Positions 8,792-17,171 of a stretch of 34,740 nucleotides of DNA are shown piece after piece. Position 1 is the stretch's first letter; each line of letters begins with the position of its first letter. The position numbers were made by a program, and so were the translations under genes. The notes under the pieces are model-generated. The model was not told the DNA's origin, made no database searches, and saw nothing but the letters and a program-made list of their open reading frames with translations. The stretch is from assembly GCA_964348465.1 (NCBI GenBank), contig CAYGCW010000001.1, forward strand, positions 14,336 through 49,075, given 5' to 3'. Origin of the DNA: an uncultured Acidimicrobiia bacterium (GTDB lineage Bacteria > Actinomycetota > Acidimicrobiia > Spongiisociales > JAOTWH01).

Positions 8792-10077
8792 GGGCCTGCT
8801 CCGAACCGGACCTCGACGGCGAGCCGGTGGGCGGTGAGGCCCTCGGCGGTCGCCAGCGCCCCGATCGTGGGCCGCAGCGCCGCCAGGCCGGCTTCGGTGA
8901 GCGTCTGCACCTGGCGCCACGAACCGAAGCTCTCCACGCCCAGCGGGCTCATCGCCGCCGCCAGCCCCCCCGTGGGCAGGACGTGGTTGGCGCCGCTGGC
9001 GTAGTCGCCGACCGGCTCGGGAGCCCACGCCCCGGCGAAGACCGATCCGGCCGCCGTCAGGGCGCCGGCATCACCCGCGGCGTCTTCGGTCAGCAGTGTG
9101 AGATGCTCGGGGGCGTATTCGGCGGCGAAGCGGAGGGCGGCCTCGTGGTCGGGGGCGAGTACGGCGAGCCCGTGATCGGCGAGGGCCTTCGCCAGCACCA
9201 CCCGTCGCTCCAGCGCCGGGAGCAGCCGCTCGATCTCGGCCAGCACGGCGTCCAGCAGGTCCGGGTCTGCCGTCACGAGCACAGCGGGCGAGTCGGGCCC
9301 ATGCTCGGCCTGGGAGAGCAGGTCTGCGGCCGCCAGCGTGGGATCGGCGCTGCCGTCGGCGACCACCACCACCTCGCTCGGTCCGGCCGGCAGGTCGATG
9401 TCGACCTCTCCGAACACGGCCAGCTTGGCGGCCGTCACCCAGGCGTTCCCCGGCCCGACCACCTTCTGGACGGCCGGGATCGTTTCGGTGCCGAGCGCCA
9501 GCGCCGCAACCGCCTGAGCGCCGCCCATCACATACATCTCCTCGACGTCGAGGTGTGCCGCGGCGCCCAGGAGGGCGGGGGAGAGCCGTCCGGAGGCATC
9601 GGCCGGGCTCGCCACCACGACGTCGGCGACTCCGGCGATGCGGGCCGGGATGACCGTCATCAAGAGCGTCGACGGGTAGGCGGCGGCGCCTCCCGGTACG
9701 TAGGCGCCGACTCGTCGCAGCGGCGCCCACCGCCGGGCGACGGTGACGCCCGGCTCCACTTCCATCTCGAAGTCGGCAGGCTGCTGGGCCTCGTGGAAGC
9801 GGCGGATGTTGCCGGCGGCGTGTTCGACGGCCGCACGCAGGTCGTCGTCGAGCGACGCCCACGCCTCTTCCATCTCGTCGCGGGCGACCCGGCGGGGCCC
9901 TTGTCGGCCGCCTCCGTAGCGGTTGGCGGCGTCGTCGACGGCGGCGTCGCCGCGGGCCCGGACGTCGGCGACGATGCTGGTGGCGCCCGCCCGGACGTCG
10001 GGGTCGGGCACCGCGGAGCGGCGCAGCAGCCCCCGGAGCCCGGCGGCGTCGAGTTCGGCGAGCACGACGCGCCGCAT
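8788..10077 (-). CDS. hisD: Histidinol dehydrogenase
   Basis: 429 aa from ATG 10077 (MRRVVLAELD..). HisD blocks are VGAYVPGG.AAYPS, GGAQAVAALA.GT, GPGNAWV..AK, DLLSQAEHGPDS and GDY.SG.NHVLPT. The start shares one nt with the hisG stop. Confidence 0.93.
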   Translation of the reverse strand: MRRVVLAELDAAGLRGLLRRSAVPDPDVRAGATSIVADVRARGDAAVDDAANRYGGGRQGPRRVARDEMEEAWASLDDDLRAAVEHAAGNIRRFHEAQQPADFEMEVEPGVTVARRWAPLRRVGAYVPGGAAAYPSTLLMTVIPARIAGVADVVVASPADASGRLSPALLGAAAHLDVEEMYVMGGAQAVAALALGTETIPAVQKVVGPGNAWVTAAKLAVFGEVDIDLPAGPSEVVVVADGSADPTLAAADLLSQAEHGPDSPAVLVTADPDLLDAVLAEIERLLPALERRVVLAKALADHGLAVLAPDHEAALRFAAEYAPEHLTLLTEDAAGDAGALTAAGSVFAGAWAPEPVGDYASGANHVLPTGGLAAAMSPLGVESFGSWRQVQTLTEAGLAALRPTIGALATAEGLTAHRLAVEVRFGAGP

Positions 10078-10934
10078 CACGGGATCATCTGCTCGATGGC
10101 CAGCACCAGTATCCCGCTGGCGCCGGCAGCCTTCAGCTCGGGCAGCACCGCCCACAACTCGCCGGCGTCGACCACCGAATGGACGGCGACCATGCCGTCG
10201 TGGGCGAGCGGGACGACGGTCGGAGCTTCGAGGCCCGGGATGATGTGCTCGATGGCCGGGACGGCCGCGGCGGGAGCGTTCATCAGTAGGTACCGCTTGC
10301 GGCGGCCGGCCGTGACCGCCTGGAACATGGTGACGACCTGGGCGACCCCGGCGTCCCGGGCGGCGCCAGGTCGGGTGACGAGCACGGCCTGCGATTCCAG
10401 CAGGGTCGTCACCGGGCGCAGGCCGTTGACCAGCAGAGTGCTGCCGCTGGACACCAGGTCCACGATGGCGTCGGCCAAGCCCAGCTTGGGCGCCACCTCC
10501 ACCGAGCCGCGCAGCGGCACGAGCGTGACGTCGACGCCCTTGCGGGCGAAGAAGCCCGCCGTAGCGTTGGGATGGGCGGTGGCGACCCGCAGCCCGGCCA
10601 GGTCCTCGATGCTTGCAGCCGCCGACGACTTGGGGACCGCCGCCACCAACCGGCACCTACCGAACCCGAGCTCGGCGGTGGTCTCGAGGTCGAGGCCGGC
10701 CTCCTCGAGGAGATCGACGCCGGTGATGCCCAGGGCGGCGGCCCCGTCGGCGACGATCTCGTCGACGTCCTCGGTGCGGACGAACAGCAGTTCCAGGCTG
10801 ACGTTGGCCACCGGCACGGTCAGCGCGCGGTCGGTCTTCTCGAACCGCAGCCCGGCGTCGCGTAGCATCGCCAGCGTCGGCTCCTGGAGGCGGCCCTTGT
10901 TGGGGACAGCGAGGCGAAGCGCCGGACCGCTCAC
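10077..10934 (-). CDS. hisG: ATP phosphoribosyltransferase, long form with C-terminal regulatory domain
   Basis: 285 aa from GTG 10934 (VSGPALRLAVPNKGRL..). It contains DLVSSGSTL, and the length fits long-form HisG. GTGA overlap with the upstream regulator stop. Confidence 0.9.
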   Translation of the reverse strand: MSGPALRLAVPNKGRLQEPTLAMLRDAGLRFEKTDRALTVPVANVSLELLFVRTEDVDEIVADGAAALGITGVDLLEEAGLDLETTAELGFGRCRLVAAVPKSSAAASIEDLAGLRVATAHPNATAGFFARKGVDVTLVPLRGSVEVAPKLGLADAIVDLVSSGSTLLVNGLRPVTTLLESQAVLVTRPGAARDAGVAQVVTMFQAVTAGRRKRYLLMNAPAAAVPAIEHIIPGLEAPTVVPLAHDGMVAVHSVVDAGELWAVLPELKAAGASGILVLAIEQMIP

Positions 10935-11248
10935 GACTCCTCCTCGGGGATGAGCCCGAGCCGGTCGAGCAGCAGGCGGTACCCGCCGGTGCCGTGCTGC
11001 AGCCACTGGTTGATCCGGGTGACGGTTGCCGTGGACGAGCCGGCCTCCTTGGCGATCTCGCGGTACGGGAGACCTCGTGCGAGGAGCCGGGCCACGGCCC
11101 AGCGGTGCGCGAACTCGTCCAGCTCGCGCAGCGTGCACAGGTCGCGGAAGAATGCTTCGGCCTCCTCCTGCGTTTCCAACGCCAGGATCGCCTCGAACAG
11201 GGCGTCGGTGTCTTCGTTGGTCCAGTCTTCGGTTGCGGCCGTCGTCAT
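10931..11248 (-). CDS. yerC: YerC/YecD-family TrpR-like DNA-binding protein, first gene of the his operon
   Basis: 105 aa. LFEAILAL.T.EEA..FF.DLCT..EL...A.RW.VA.LL..G..YREIA...G.STATVTRIN..L..G.GGY matches B. subtilis YerC nearly block for block from memory. The helix-turn-helix is STATVTRIN. Confidence 0.85.
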   Translation of the reverse strand: MTTAATEDWTNEDTDALFEAILALETQEEAEAFFRDLCTLRELDEFAHRWAVARLLARGLPYREIAKEAGSSTATVTRINQWLQHGTGGYRLLLDRLGLIPEEES

Positions 11249-11393
11249 GTTCTTGCTCTCGTATCGGTGGTTCGGTCTGTCGATCGGTTTTTACGTATTA
11301 TTGTTTTAGCCTGCTAAAACGTTAGCAAGGTGAACCATAGCGTAGGGGCCGGCGGGCCCGTGCGCAAGACTCGATTCTCTCTGGAGGGACCGC
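11249..11393. promoter_or_regulatory. Divergent control region between yerC-his operon and hisA, locally AT-rich
   Basis: This 145-nt spacer is the only conspicuously AT-rich stretch in the window (ggtttttacgtattattgttttagcctgctaaaacgttagc). A GGAGGGA RBS lies 4 nt before the hisA GTG. Confidence 0.6.
11303..11326. promoter_or_regulatory. Candidate operator: overlapping inverted repeats built from TTAGC/GCTAA half-sites
   Basis: GTTTTAGC-ct-GCTAAAAC (11303..11320, 8-bp perfect arms) overlaps GCTAA-aacg-TTAGC (11313..11326). This gives three half-sites in alternating orientation next to a TrpR-family regulator gene. Confidence 0.4.
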
Positions 11394-12107
11394 GTGCAGA
11401 TCATCCCGTCCGTGGACGTGCTCGACGGCCGCGTCGTACGCCTGCTGCGCGGCGACTACGACACGGTCACCGACTATGGCGCGGATCCTGTCGCGGCCGT
11501 GCGCCGTTGGGGGGAGGCAGGCGCGTCGCTGGTGCACGTCGTCGACCTGGCGGGGGCCCGCTCCGGAGTGGTCGACGACGGCCTGTGGCCCAGGCTGACG
11601 GGGGCCGGGGTGCCGTTTCAGGCCGGCGGGGGCCTGCGGACCGTGGCGGCGGTGGCATCCGTGCTCTCCGCCGGAGCGGCGCGGGCCGTTGTCGGGACGG
11701 CCGCGGTGTGGGAGCCGGACTTGCTGGCGGCAATGGTCGCCGCGGCCGGCGCCGGCCGGATCGTGGCGGCCGTGGACGTGCGATCCGGGCGGGCCGAGGG
11801 GGCAGGATGGCGGGACGGCGGGCGGGATCTCGCGACCGTGCTTGCCGGCCTGAGAGCCGCCGGGGTCGCGCAGGCACTGGTGACCGCGATCGCCCGCGAC
11901 GGGACCGGCGCCGGGCCCGACTACGGCCTGCTGGCGGAGGTGGCGGCGGCGACTCCCGGCATGGCCGTGATCGCCTCCGGGGGCGTGGGCAGCCTCGATC
12001 ACGTCCGGGAGCTCGCCGCTCTCGGGGTGGAGGCGGCAATCGTGGGGCGGGCTCTCTACGAAGGTGCGTTCACCCTCGCCGAGGCGCAGGCGGCGGCCGC
12101 CGGGTAG
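11394..12107 (+). CDS. hisA: ProFAR isomerase HisA (possibly PriA-type, untested)
   Basis: 237 aa with a GTG start (MQIIPSVDVLDGRVVRLLRGDYD.. VHVVDLAGA.. GGG.R.. ASGGV). This is the (beta/alpha)8 HisA pattern, distinct from the HisF copy. Confidence 0.9.
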   Translation: MQIIPSVDVLDGRVVRLLRGDYDTVTDYGADPVAAVRRWGEAGASLVHVVDLAGARSGVVDDGLWPRLTGAGVPFQAGGGLRTVAAVASVLSAGAARAVVGTAAVWEPDLLAAMVAAAGAGRIVAAVDVRSGRAEGAGWRDGGRDLATVLAGLRAAGVAQALVTAIARDGTGAGPDYGLLAEVAAATPGMAVIASGGVGSLDHVRELAALGVEAAIVGRALYEGAFTLAEAQAAAAG

Positions 12108-12175
12108 GTGGTCTGTGGCGCGGCGGCGCCATCTGACGAGATCGCCGCTTCATGCCGTAGCCTCCTGTCCAGGAG

Positions 12176-14293
12176 GTGGCCGTGGACCGGATCGCCGGGA
12201 TCATCGTGAGGCATGCGAGGCGCATCCTGGCCGTGACCGCGGTGATCACGGTTGCCAGCCTGGCGATGCTGCTGCGGATGGACTTCAACGCCGACGTGGC
12301 CTCGTTCGTGCTCGAGGGCAACCCGACGGGAGAGGCGTTCAAGGAGCTTCAAGAGAAGTACGCATCGGCAGACCCCATCAACGTGATCGTGTCGCTGACC
12401 TCCGGGTCGACTTTCGCCGAGCCCGCGGGGTTGGCGGCACTGGCCGAGCTGCGCGACGAGCTCGCTGCCGTGGACGGTGTCGCCGCAGTGGCTTCGGTGG
12501 TTCCCGACGCCAACCCGCTCACCGGTGAGCCGCTGACGCCGGAGACGCTCCGGTCCGCCTCGCCCGAGGTGATCGCCCAGGCGGCCGCCGCCAGCCCGCT
12601 CTCCGGCCTGCTCCTCAGCGAGGACAAACGTCATGCCCTCATGCTCGTCACCCCGGCGGGCGACAGCACCGCGGTGGCGCGCCGGGTGGCGGACGTCACG
12701 GCCCCCACCGGCACCGAGGTCACGCTGTCGGGCAACCCGGTGGTGTTCGCCTCCGTGCTCGACAAGCTCTCGCTGTTCATCCTCGTCATACCGCCGGCGG
12801 TGATGATCCTGCTCGTGCTCACCTTCACCGCCACCATCGGGGACCGGCGGCTGAGCGTGCTGGCGCTGATCCCGGCCGCCCTCGGAGCCATCTGGACCTT
12901 TGGGCTGCTGTTCGCGCTGGGGCGGGAGGTCGACATCGTCACCGTGATCGTGCCGATCTTCGTGATCGTGATGGGCTCGGCGGACGGCCTGCACTTCGTC
13001 ACCCATTTCCAGGAGGAGGCGGCTCACGACGACCCGGTGGCGCGGGTCAGCACGGCGCTCTCCCACGTGGGCGTGCCGATGATCCTCACCACGGTCTCCA
13101 CCGCAGCCGGGTTCCTGTCCCTGGTGGCCACGGGCGTCCAACCGATACAGCAGCTCGGCCTGTTCACCGCCATCGGCATCTCCTTCGCAGGCGTCATCTC
13201 GTTCTTCTCGCTCCCCGCTCTGCTGAGCCGTCTCCACATCGAGCCGCACCATCACCAAGCGCTGATCGGACCCCGGATCACCCGGGCGCTCAAGATGCTG
13301 GTGCGCACGCGGGTGCCTGCCGCCCTGCTCGTCGTGGGACTCGTGGCCTTCGCAGCCGTGTCGCTGCCCCGGCTCGACGTGAACCCCGATCAGCTCTTCT
13401 TCTTCAAACAGGGAGATTCGGTCCGTGCCGCCTTCGAGCGAACGGAGGAGCTGTTCGGCGGAGCCACTCCGCTGATGGGGGAGTTCGCCTACGACCCGAA
13501 CGGCGGGCCGGACCAGCTGGCGGCCATCGCCGCGCTGTCGGAGCGCTTCGAAGCACAGCCCGGCGTGCGGGAGGTCTTCTCGGTGGCGGATCTCGTGGAG
13601 GCCCTGCCGCCCGGCCAAGCCGCCGGCGTGCTCGGCGGCGGTGCCCGGCTTCCGATCGGCGAGATGGTCAGCGGCGACGGCCTGCGCTTCATGCTTCTGC
13701 CGTCGGACTTCTCGACGGCCGATCTCCAGGGGTGGCTCGCGTTCGCCGAGGAAGCGCCGGAGATCCGGGTTCTCACCGGCATGCCGGTGGTGTGGGACGA
13801 GATCGCCCGGCTGGTCCTGGAAGCCCAGGTCGTGTCGCTGTTGGTGGCGTTCGCGCTCGTCACGGCCATGCTGCTGGGCTCCTACCGCCGCCTGCGCCAG
13901 ACGCTCGTCTCGCTCGTTCCGATCGCCCTCACCGTCGCCACCATGCTCGGCTTCATAGCGGTGTCGGGCATCCAGCTCAACCTGCTGACGGCCGTGATTG
14001 GCGGAATCGTGATCGGCGTCGGCATCGACTACGCCATCCACTTCGTGGCGGCCATCGACCACGCCCGGCACAACGGTGCCGGCTACGTGCTGCGGGCCAT
14101 CGACCGCGCCGGCCGACCGATCGTCGCCAATGCTCTCGGGATAGCCGTGGCCCTGAGCGCGTTGTGGCTGTCGCCGCTGGCGATCCACCCGCAGGTGTCG
14201 ATGATCATGTGGGTGGCGATGATCACCGGTGCCCTGACGGCGTTGGTGGTCATCCCGGCGCTGCTGCCGTCCGACGGCGTACGGGAGCGCTGA
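12176..14293 (+). CDS. MMPL/RND-superfamily transporter (two 6-TM halves, SSD-like)
   Basis: 705 aa. The architecture is duplicated: a soluble loop followed by a TM bundle, twice. Typical MMPL blocks are FVIVMGSADGLHF and GIVIGVGIDYAIHF. The AGGAGG at 12171..12176 favours the in-frame GTG at 12182 as the true start. Confidence 0.8.
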   Translation: MAVDRIAGIIVRHARRILAVTAVITVASLAMLLRMDFNADVASFVLEGNPTGEAFKELQEKYASADPINVIVSLTSGSTFAEPAGLAALAELRDELAAVDGVAAVASVVPDANPLTGEPLTPETLRSASPEVIAQAAAASPLSGLLLSEDKRHALMLVTPAGDSTAVARRVADVTAPTGTEVTLSGNPVVFASVLDKLSLFILVIPPAVMILLVLTFTATIGDRRLSVLALIPAALGAIWTFGLLFALGREVDIVTVIVPIFVIVMGSADGLHFVTHFQEEAAHDDPVARVSTALSHVGVPMILTTVSTAAGFLSLVATGVQPIQQLGLFTAIGISFAGVISFFSLPALLSRLHIEPHHHQALIGPRITRALKMLVRTRVPAALLVVGLVAFAAVSLPRLDVNPDQLFFFKQGDSVRAAFERTEELFGGATPLMGEFAYDPNGGPDQLAAIAALSERFEAQPGVREVFSVADLVEALPPGQAAGVLGGGARLPIGEMVSGDGLRFMLLPSDFSTADLQGWLAFAEEAPEIRVLTGMPVVWDEIARLVLEAQVVSLLVAFALVTAMLLGSYRRLRQTLVSLVPIALTVATMLGFIAVSGIQLNLLTAVIGGIVIGVGIDYAIHFVAAIDHARHNGAGYVLRAIDRAGRPIVANALGIAVALSALWLSPLAIHPQVSMIMWVAMITGALTALVVIPALLPSDGVRER

Positions 14294-14326
14294 AAGGACG
14301 GGGTTCGGGACGTTTGCCCCTGGCCG

Positions 14327-14596
14327 ATGGGTGGGGGCTCGGTGGATGATCGGAGCGTGAAGGACGTGCAGCCGCCCCGCCTCCCACCGGGCCGCCAGCT
14401 CTACGATCCACTCAACGGCTTCCGGGTCGGCGGCTTCACCGGGGCCATCGTGGGGACGCTCGCCGCCGTCGCTGCCGGCGTCGCCTACCTGTGGGTGGCG
14501 TTCGCGGGCGCCGCCGTCGGTGGGGCGATCGGCTACTGGTCGGAGCGGCGGAAGCTCCATCGCGTACCGCCGGATGGGAGTGCGGCGCGGCGCTAG
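14327..14596 (+). CDS. Small hypothetical membrane protein (Gly/Ala-rich 2-TM)
   Basis: 89-aa ORF with high GC3. Two hydrophobic Gly-zipper-like segments are present (GGFTGAIVGTLAAVAAGVAYLWVAFAGAAVGGAIGYW). I recognise no homology, and the start is uncertain. Confidence 0.4.
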   Translation: MGGGSVDDRSVKDVQPPRLPPGRQLYDPLNGFRVGGFTGAIVGTLAAVAAGVAYLWVAFAGAAVGGAIGYWSERRKLHRVPPDGSAARR

Positions 14597-14612
14597 CCGG
14601 GGAGGTGGCGCC

Positions 14613-15362
14613 GTGTCCGAGATCATCACCGAGCCGGGCGTGTTCGAGGTCATGTACGGCTGCCGCGCCATGCGCCGGTTGAGCCCGCGTCCGGTGCCCG
14701 ACGAGGTGCTGGTTCGGCTCGTCGAAGCGGGAACGAGGGCCCCCTCGGCCGGCAACGCTCAGAACTGGCGGTTCGTGATCGTCCGGGATCGTGACCGGTT
14801 GGCCGAGATGGCGGGCCCCTGGCGGCGCGGCATCCGCCTCATGCAGGACGTCGCGGCGCGGGCGCCAGCCCGCCCCGGGGAGGACCTCGAAGCTCGTCGC
14901 CGGACGATGCGTGCGGTGGCCTACCTGGCGGAGAACTTCGAGAGCACTCCTGCCGTGATCGGCGTATGCGTGCAGCGCGATGCCGCGGCCGAGGCGGAAG
15001 CTCGCCGTCCGGCGACGCTGCGGTCGGCGATCCGGCATCTGGGATTGTGGGGAACCCTGCGCATGAGCCGGCACGGGCGCCGCAACGCTGAGCGGGAGCT
15101 GCTGGCCAATGCCTACACCGCAGCCCAGAACGTCCTGCTGGCGGCGCGCGCCTCCGGTCTGGGCGCCGTGCTCACGATGCCGCAGGTGCTGGCGCCGCCG
15201 GGGACGTACGAGACGATCCTCGGCCTGCCCGCCGACGTGATCCTGGCCGCGCTCATACCGATCGGTTACCCCCTCGGCGAGTTCGGCCCGGTGGCGCGCG
15301 CCCCGGTCGAGCATTACCTGAGCTGGGACCGCTACGCCCCGGCGCCGGCGCGATCCACCTAG
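14613..15362 (+). CDS. Nitroreductase-family oxidoreductase
   Basis: 249 aa from GTG 14613, with GGAGG 6 nt upstream, inside track ORF 14520..15362. Nitroreductase N-terminal signature is R.MRRL....VP.E.L..L.EA...APSAGN.Q.WRF..V. Confidence 0.8.
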   Translation: MSEIITEPGVFEVMYGCRAMRRLSPRPVPDEVLVRLVEAGTRAPSAGNAQNWRFVIVRDRDRLAEMAGPWRRGIRLMQDVAARAPARPGEDLEARRRTMRAVAYLAENFESTPAVIGVCVQRDAAAEAEARRPATLRSAIRHLGLWGTLRMSRHGRRNAERELLANAYTAAQNVLLAARASGLGAVLTMPQVLAPPGTYETILGLPADVILAALIPIGYPLGEFGPVARAPVEHYLSWDRYAPAPARST

Positions 15363-15432
15363 CGCACGGAGCGGACAGCGATCCGTCGAGTCGGACGGCG
15401 TCCCCCGGAATCGTCGCGCCGCGCCGGCGCCG

Positions 15433-15897
15433 CTATCCGGGCGAGCCCGGGTACCGGTGAGCGGCCGGCAGATCTCGGGTGAGATCGCAGCGGTACCACG
15501 CCGCCGGCCGGTGGGGATGGCCGGTCGTGGCCCAGAAGTCGGCTTCGAACTCGCGCGGCACGTCGTCGATGGTGATCTCGACGTGTGACTTCCCGGCGCC
15601 GGGATCGCCGAGGACCACCACCGGCGACCCGGCGACGGCCAGCATCGCCCGATCCAGCAGCGCCTGGTCCTCATCGCCCTGAGCGGTGACCACGTAGCGA
15701 AGCGTCACTCGTTCGCCGTCGCGGCCTCGATCGCCGCCGGTCGTCGGCCACTCGACGCTGTACAGGTAGACGCTCACCCAGCGGCCCGGCTCGTCGGGCA
15801 GCAGCTCGGGCGTGACCCCGGCGTGGATCCCGGCGGCCGCCAGCTTCCCGCCGATCGTGGCGAGCAGGGCTTCGGTCACGTCTTCGATCCCGGTCAT
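15433..15897 (-). CDS. DUF4255 / Pvc16_N-like protein (Afp16-type tail-tube terminator homologue), short form
   Basis: 154 aa from ATG 15897 (MTGIEDVTEALLATIGGKL..), with ATGA overlap to the tube gene stop. DUF4255-like blocks are VSVYLYSVEW, VTLRYVVTA and FWATTGHPHRPAAWYRCDL. Confidence 0.7.
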   Translation of the reverse strand: MTGIEDVTEALLATIGGKLAAAGIHAGVTPELLPDEPGRWVSVYLYSVEWPTTGGDRGRDGERVTLRYVVTAQGDEDQALLDRAMLAVAGSPVVVLGDPGAGKSHVEITIDDVPREFEADFWATTGHPHRPAAWYRCDLTRDLPAAHRYPGSPG

Positions 15898-16394
15898 GAC
15901 TCCTCCGGCTCCGTTACCGACATGTCCCGCTCCCATCCCTCGTGCTCGAGTTTGATGGACTGAATCGCCACCGCGTTCCCCCCGGCATCGAGGTCGGGGA
16001 GCGCCTGGTACTCCGACACCCAGGCACGACGCACCAGGTAGCGCAGCACGGTCTGGCCCTGGAGGTTCAACAGCTCGATGGCGATGTCCTTCCGGTAATT
16101 CTTGAGCGAGCCGGGCTCACCGGTGCTCGGGTCGAATGCGAGACGGGCCCACTCCTCGAAGACCGGGTCGTGCGTGACGCCGCGCTCCAGCGTGATCGGC
16201 TCGAACCTGGTCGGGCCGGGGGCGGTGCGGTTGGCGGCGGGCTCCGTACCGGTCCGGTATTCGACGGCTTCGGTCATCCGGCGGAGCGCTGACACGTGGG
16301 ATACCCCGGCGACGACCTCGCCGTCGATGATCACCCTGAACCTGCAATTGCGGTACGGGTCGCGGCGGTGGGTATTCACGACGAAGTCGGCCAC
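15894..16394 (-). CDS. Phage T4 gp19 / Afp1-type tail tube protein homologue
   Basis: 166 aa with a GTG start, preceded by GGGGGA. Blocks are YRNCRFRVIIDGEVVAGVSHVSAL....EAVEYRTG......RTAPGPTRFEPITLERGVTHD..FEEW, then RKDIAIELLN.QGQ...RY.VRRAWVSEY.ALPDLDA.GN.VAIQSIKLEHEGWE. This is the pattern of contractile-tail or eCIS tube proteins. Confidence 0.8.
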   Translation of the reverse strand: MADFVVNTHRRDPYRNCRFRVIIDGEVVAGVSHVSALRRMTEAVEYRTGTEPAANRTAPGPTRFEPITLERGVTHDPVFEEWARLAFDPSTGEPGSLKNYRKDIAIELLNLQGQTVLRYLVRRAWVSEYQALPDLDAGGNAVAIQSIKLEHEGWERDMSVTEPEES

Positions 16395-16424
16395 GTTTCC
16401 CCCAATCGTCTGCTGGGTGCAACT

Positions 16425-17171
16425 CTATCGGTCCGGCCGGGCCGCGTAGAGGGCGACGGCCACCGCCGTGGCCAGGTTGAGGCTCGACACACCCGGTCGC
16501 ATCGGGATCGCCACGCGCCGGGCGGCTCGCGCGAGCAGGGCCGGGCTGAGGCCCCGGCGCTCGGACCCGAACGCCAGCACAGCGCGCTCCGGTACCGGGT
16601 CGCGGTCGAACCGCGCGCCTCGCGGGTCGAGGGCCACGATCGGTCGGTCGGTGGCGGCCAGCTCGCCGATGGCTGCGACCGGCACTGCGAAGTGGAGCCC
16701 GGCGGCGCCGCGCACGGCGTTGGGGTGCCACGGGTCGAGTGGTCCGGTGCTCAGCACCCCCGCCGCCGTGGCGGCCGCCGCCACCCGGACGGTGGCGCCG
16801 ACGTTGCCATGGTGAGTGGGGGCCTCCAGCAGCACCACCGGCGCCGGGCCGGGGTCGGCGAGCACCGCAGCCGGGTCGACGGCGGGACGCTCGGCGATGG
16901 CCAGCACTCCGGTGGCCGGCGGGGATGGGGCGAGCCGGGCGAAGACCTCGGGCGCCACGCCGGAGAGGAGCGCCGCGAGCCGTTCGGCCAGGTCGGGCGC
17001 CAGCTCGGCGGCCAGGCCGGCCGGCCCGGTCGGGTCGGCCGCGACCGCCAGCCGGACCACTGCGCCGAAGCGGACGGCGTGCTTGAGAGCGTGGAAGCCT
17101 TCCAGGACGACCAGGCCGGGGTCCGAGCGAGCCGCGGCGAATTCGGCGGGCAGATCCTGCGCGCCCGTCAC
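16425..17171 (-). CDS. SpoU/TrmH-family (SPOUT) RNA 2'-O-methyltransferase
   Basis: 248 aa from GTG 17171, with GTGA overlap to the AAA+ gene stop. All three SPOUT knot motifs are intact: LLEAPTHHGNVGATVRVAAA, LAFGSERRGLS and VAIPMRPGVSSLNLATAVAVALY. Confidence 0.85.
   Translation of the reverse strand: MTGAQDLPAEFAAARSDPGLVVLEGFHALKHAVRFGAVVRLAVAADPTGPAGLAAELAPDLAERLAALLSGVAPEVFARLAPSPPATGVLAIAERPAVDPAAVLADPGPAPVVLLEAPTHHGNVGATVRVAAAATAAGVLSTGPLDPWHPNAVRGAAGLHFAVPVAAIGELAATDRPIVALDPRGARFDRDPVPERAVLAFGSERRGLSPALLARAARRVAIPMRPGVSSLNLATAVAVALYAARPDR

Noticed and set aside
8827-10953. 708-aa + ORF, plus 7280..9004 (+) and 7260..7994 (+)
   Set aside because: They are antisense to hisD, hisG, hisC and hisB, whose sense frames carry textbook motifs.
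11249-11393. His leader peptide, attenuator or T-box upstream of the his operon
   Set aside because: I see no run of His codons in a short ORF, no T-box specifier or antiterminator architecture, and the region is too short (145 nt).
12056-14755. 899-aa minus-strand ORF
   Set aside because: It is antisense to the MMPL transporter, the small membrane protein and the start of the nitroreductase. Its composition is Arg/His/Gly/Asp-rich, with no domain signature. The sense frame has clear transporter features.
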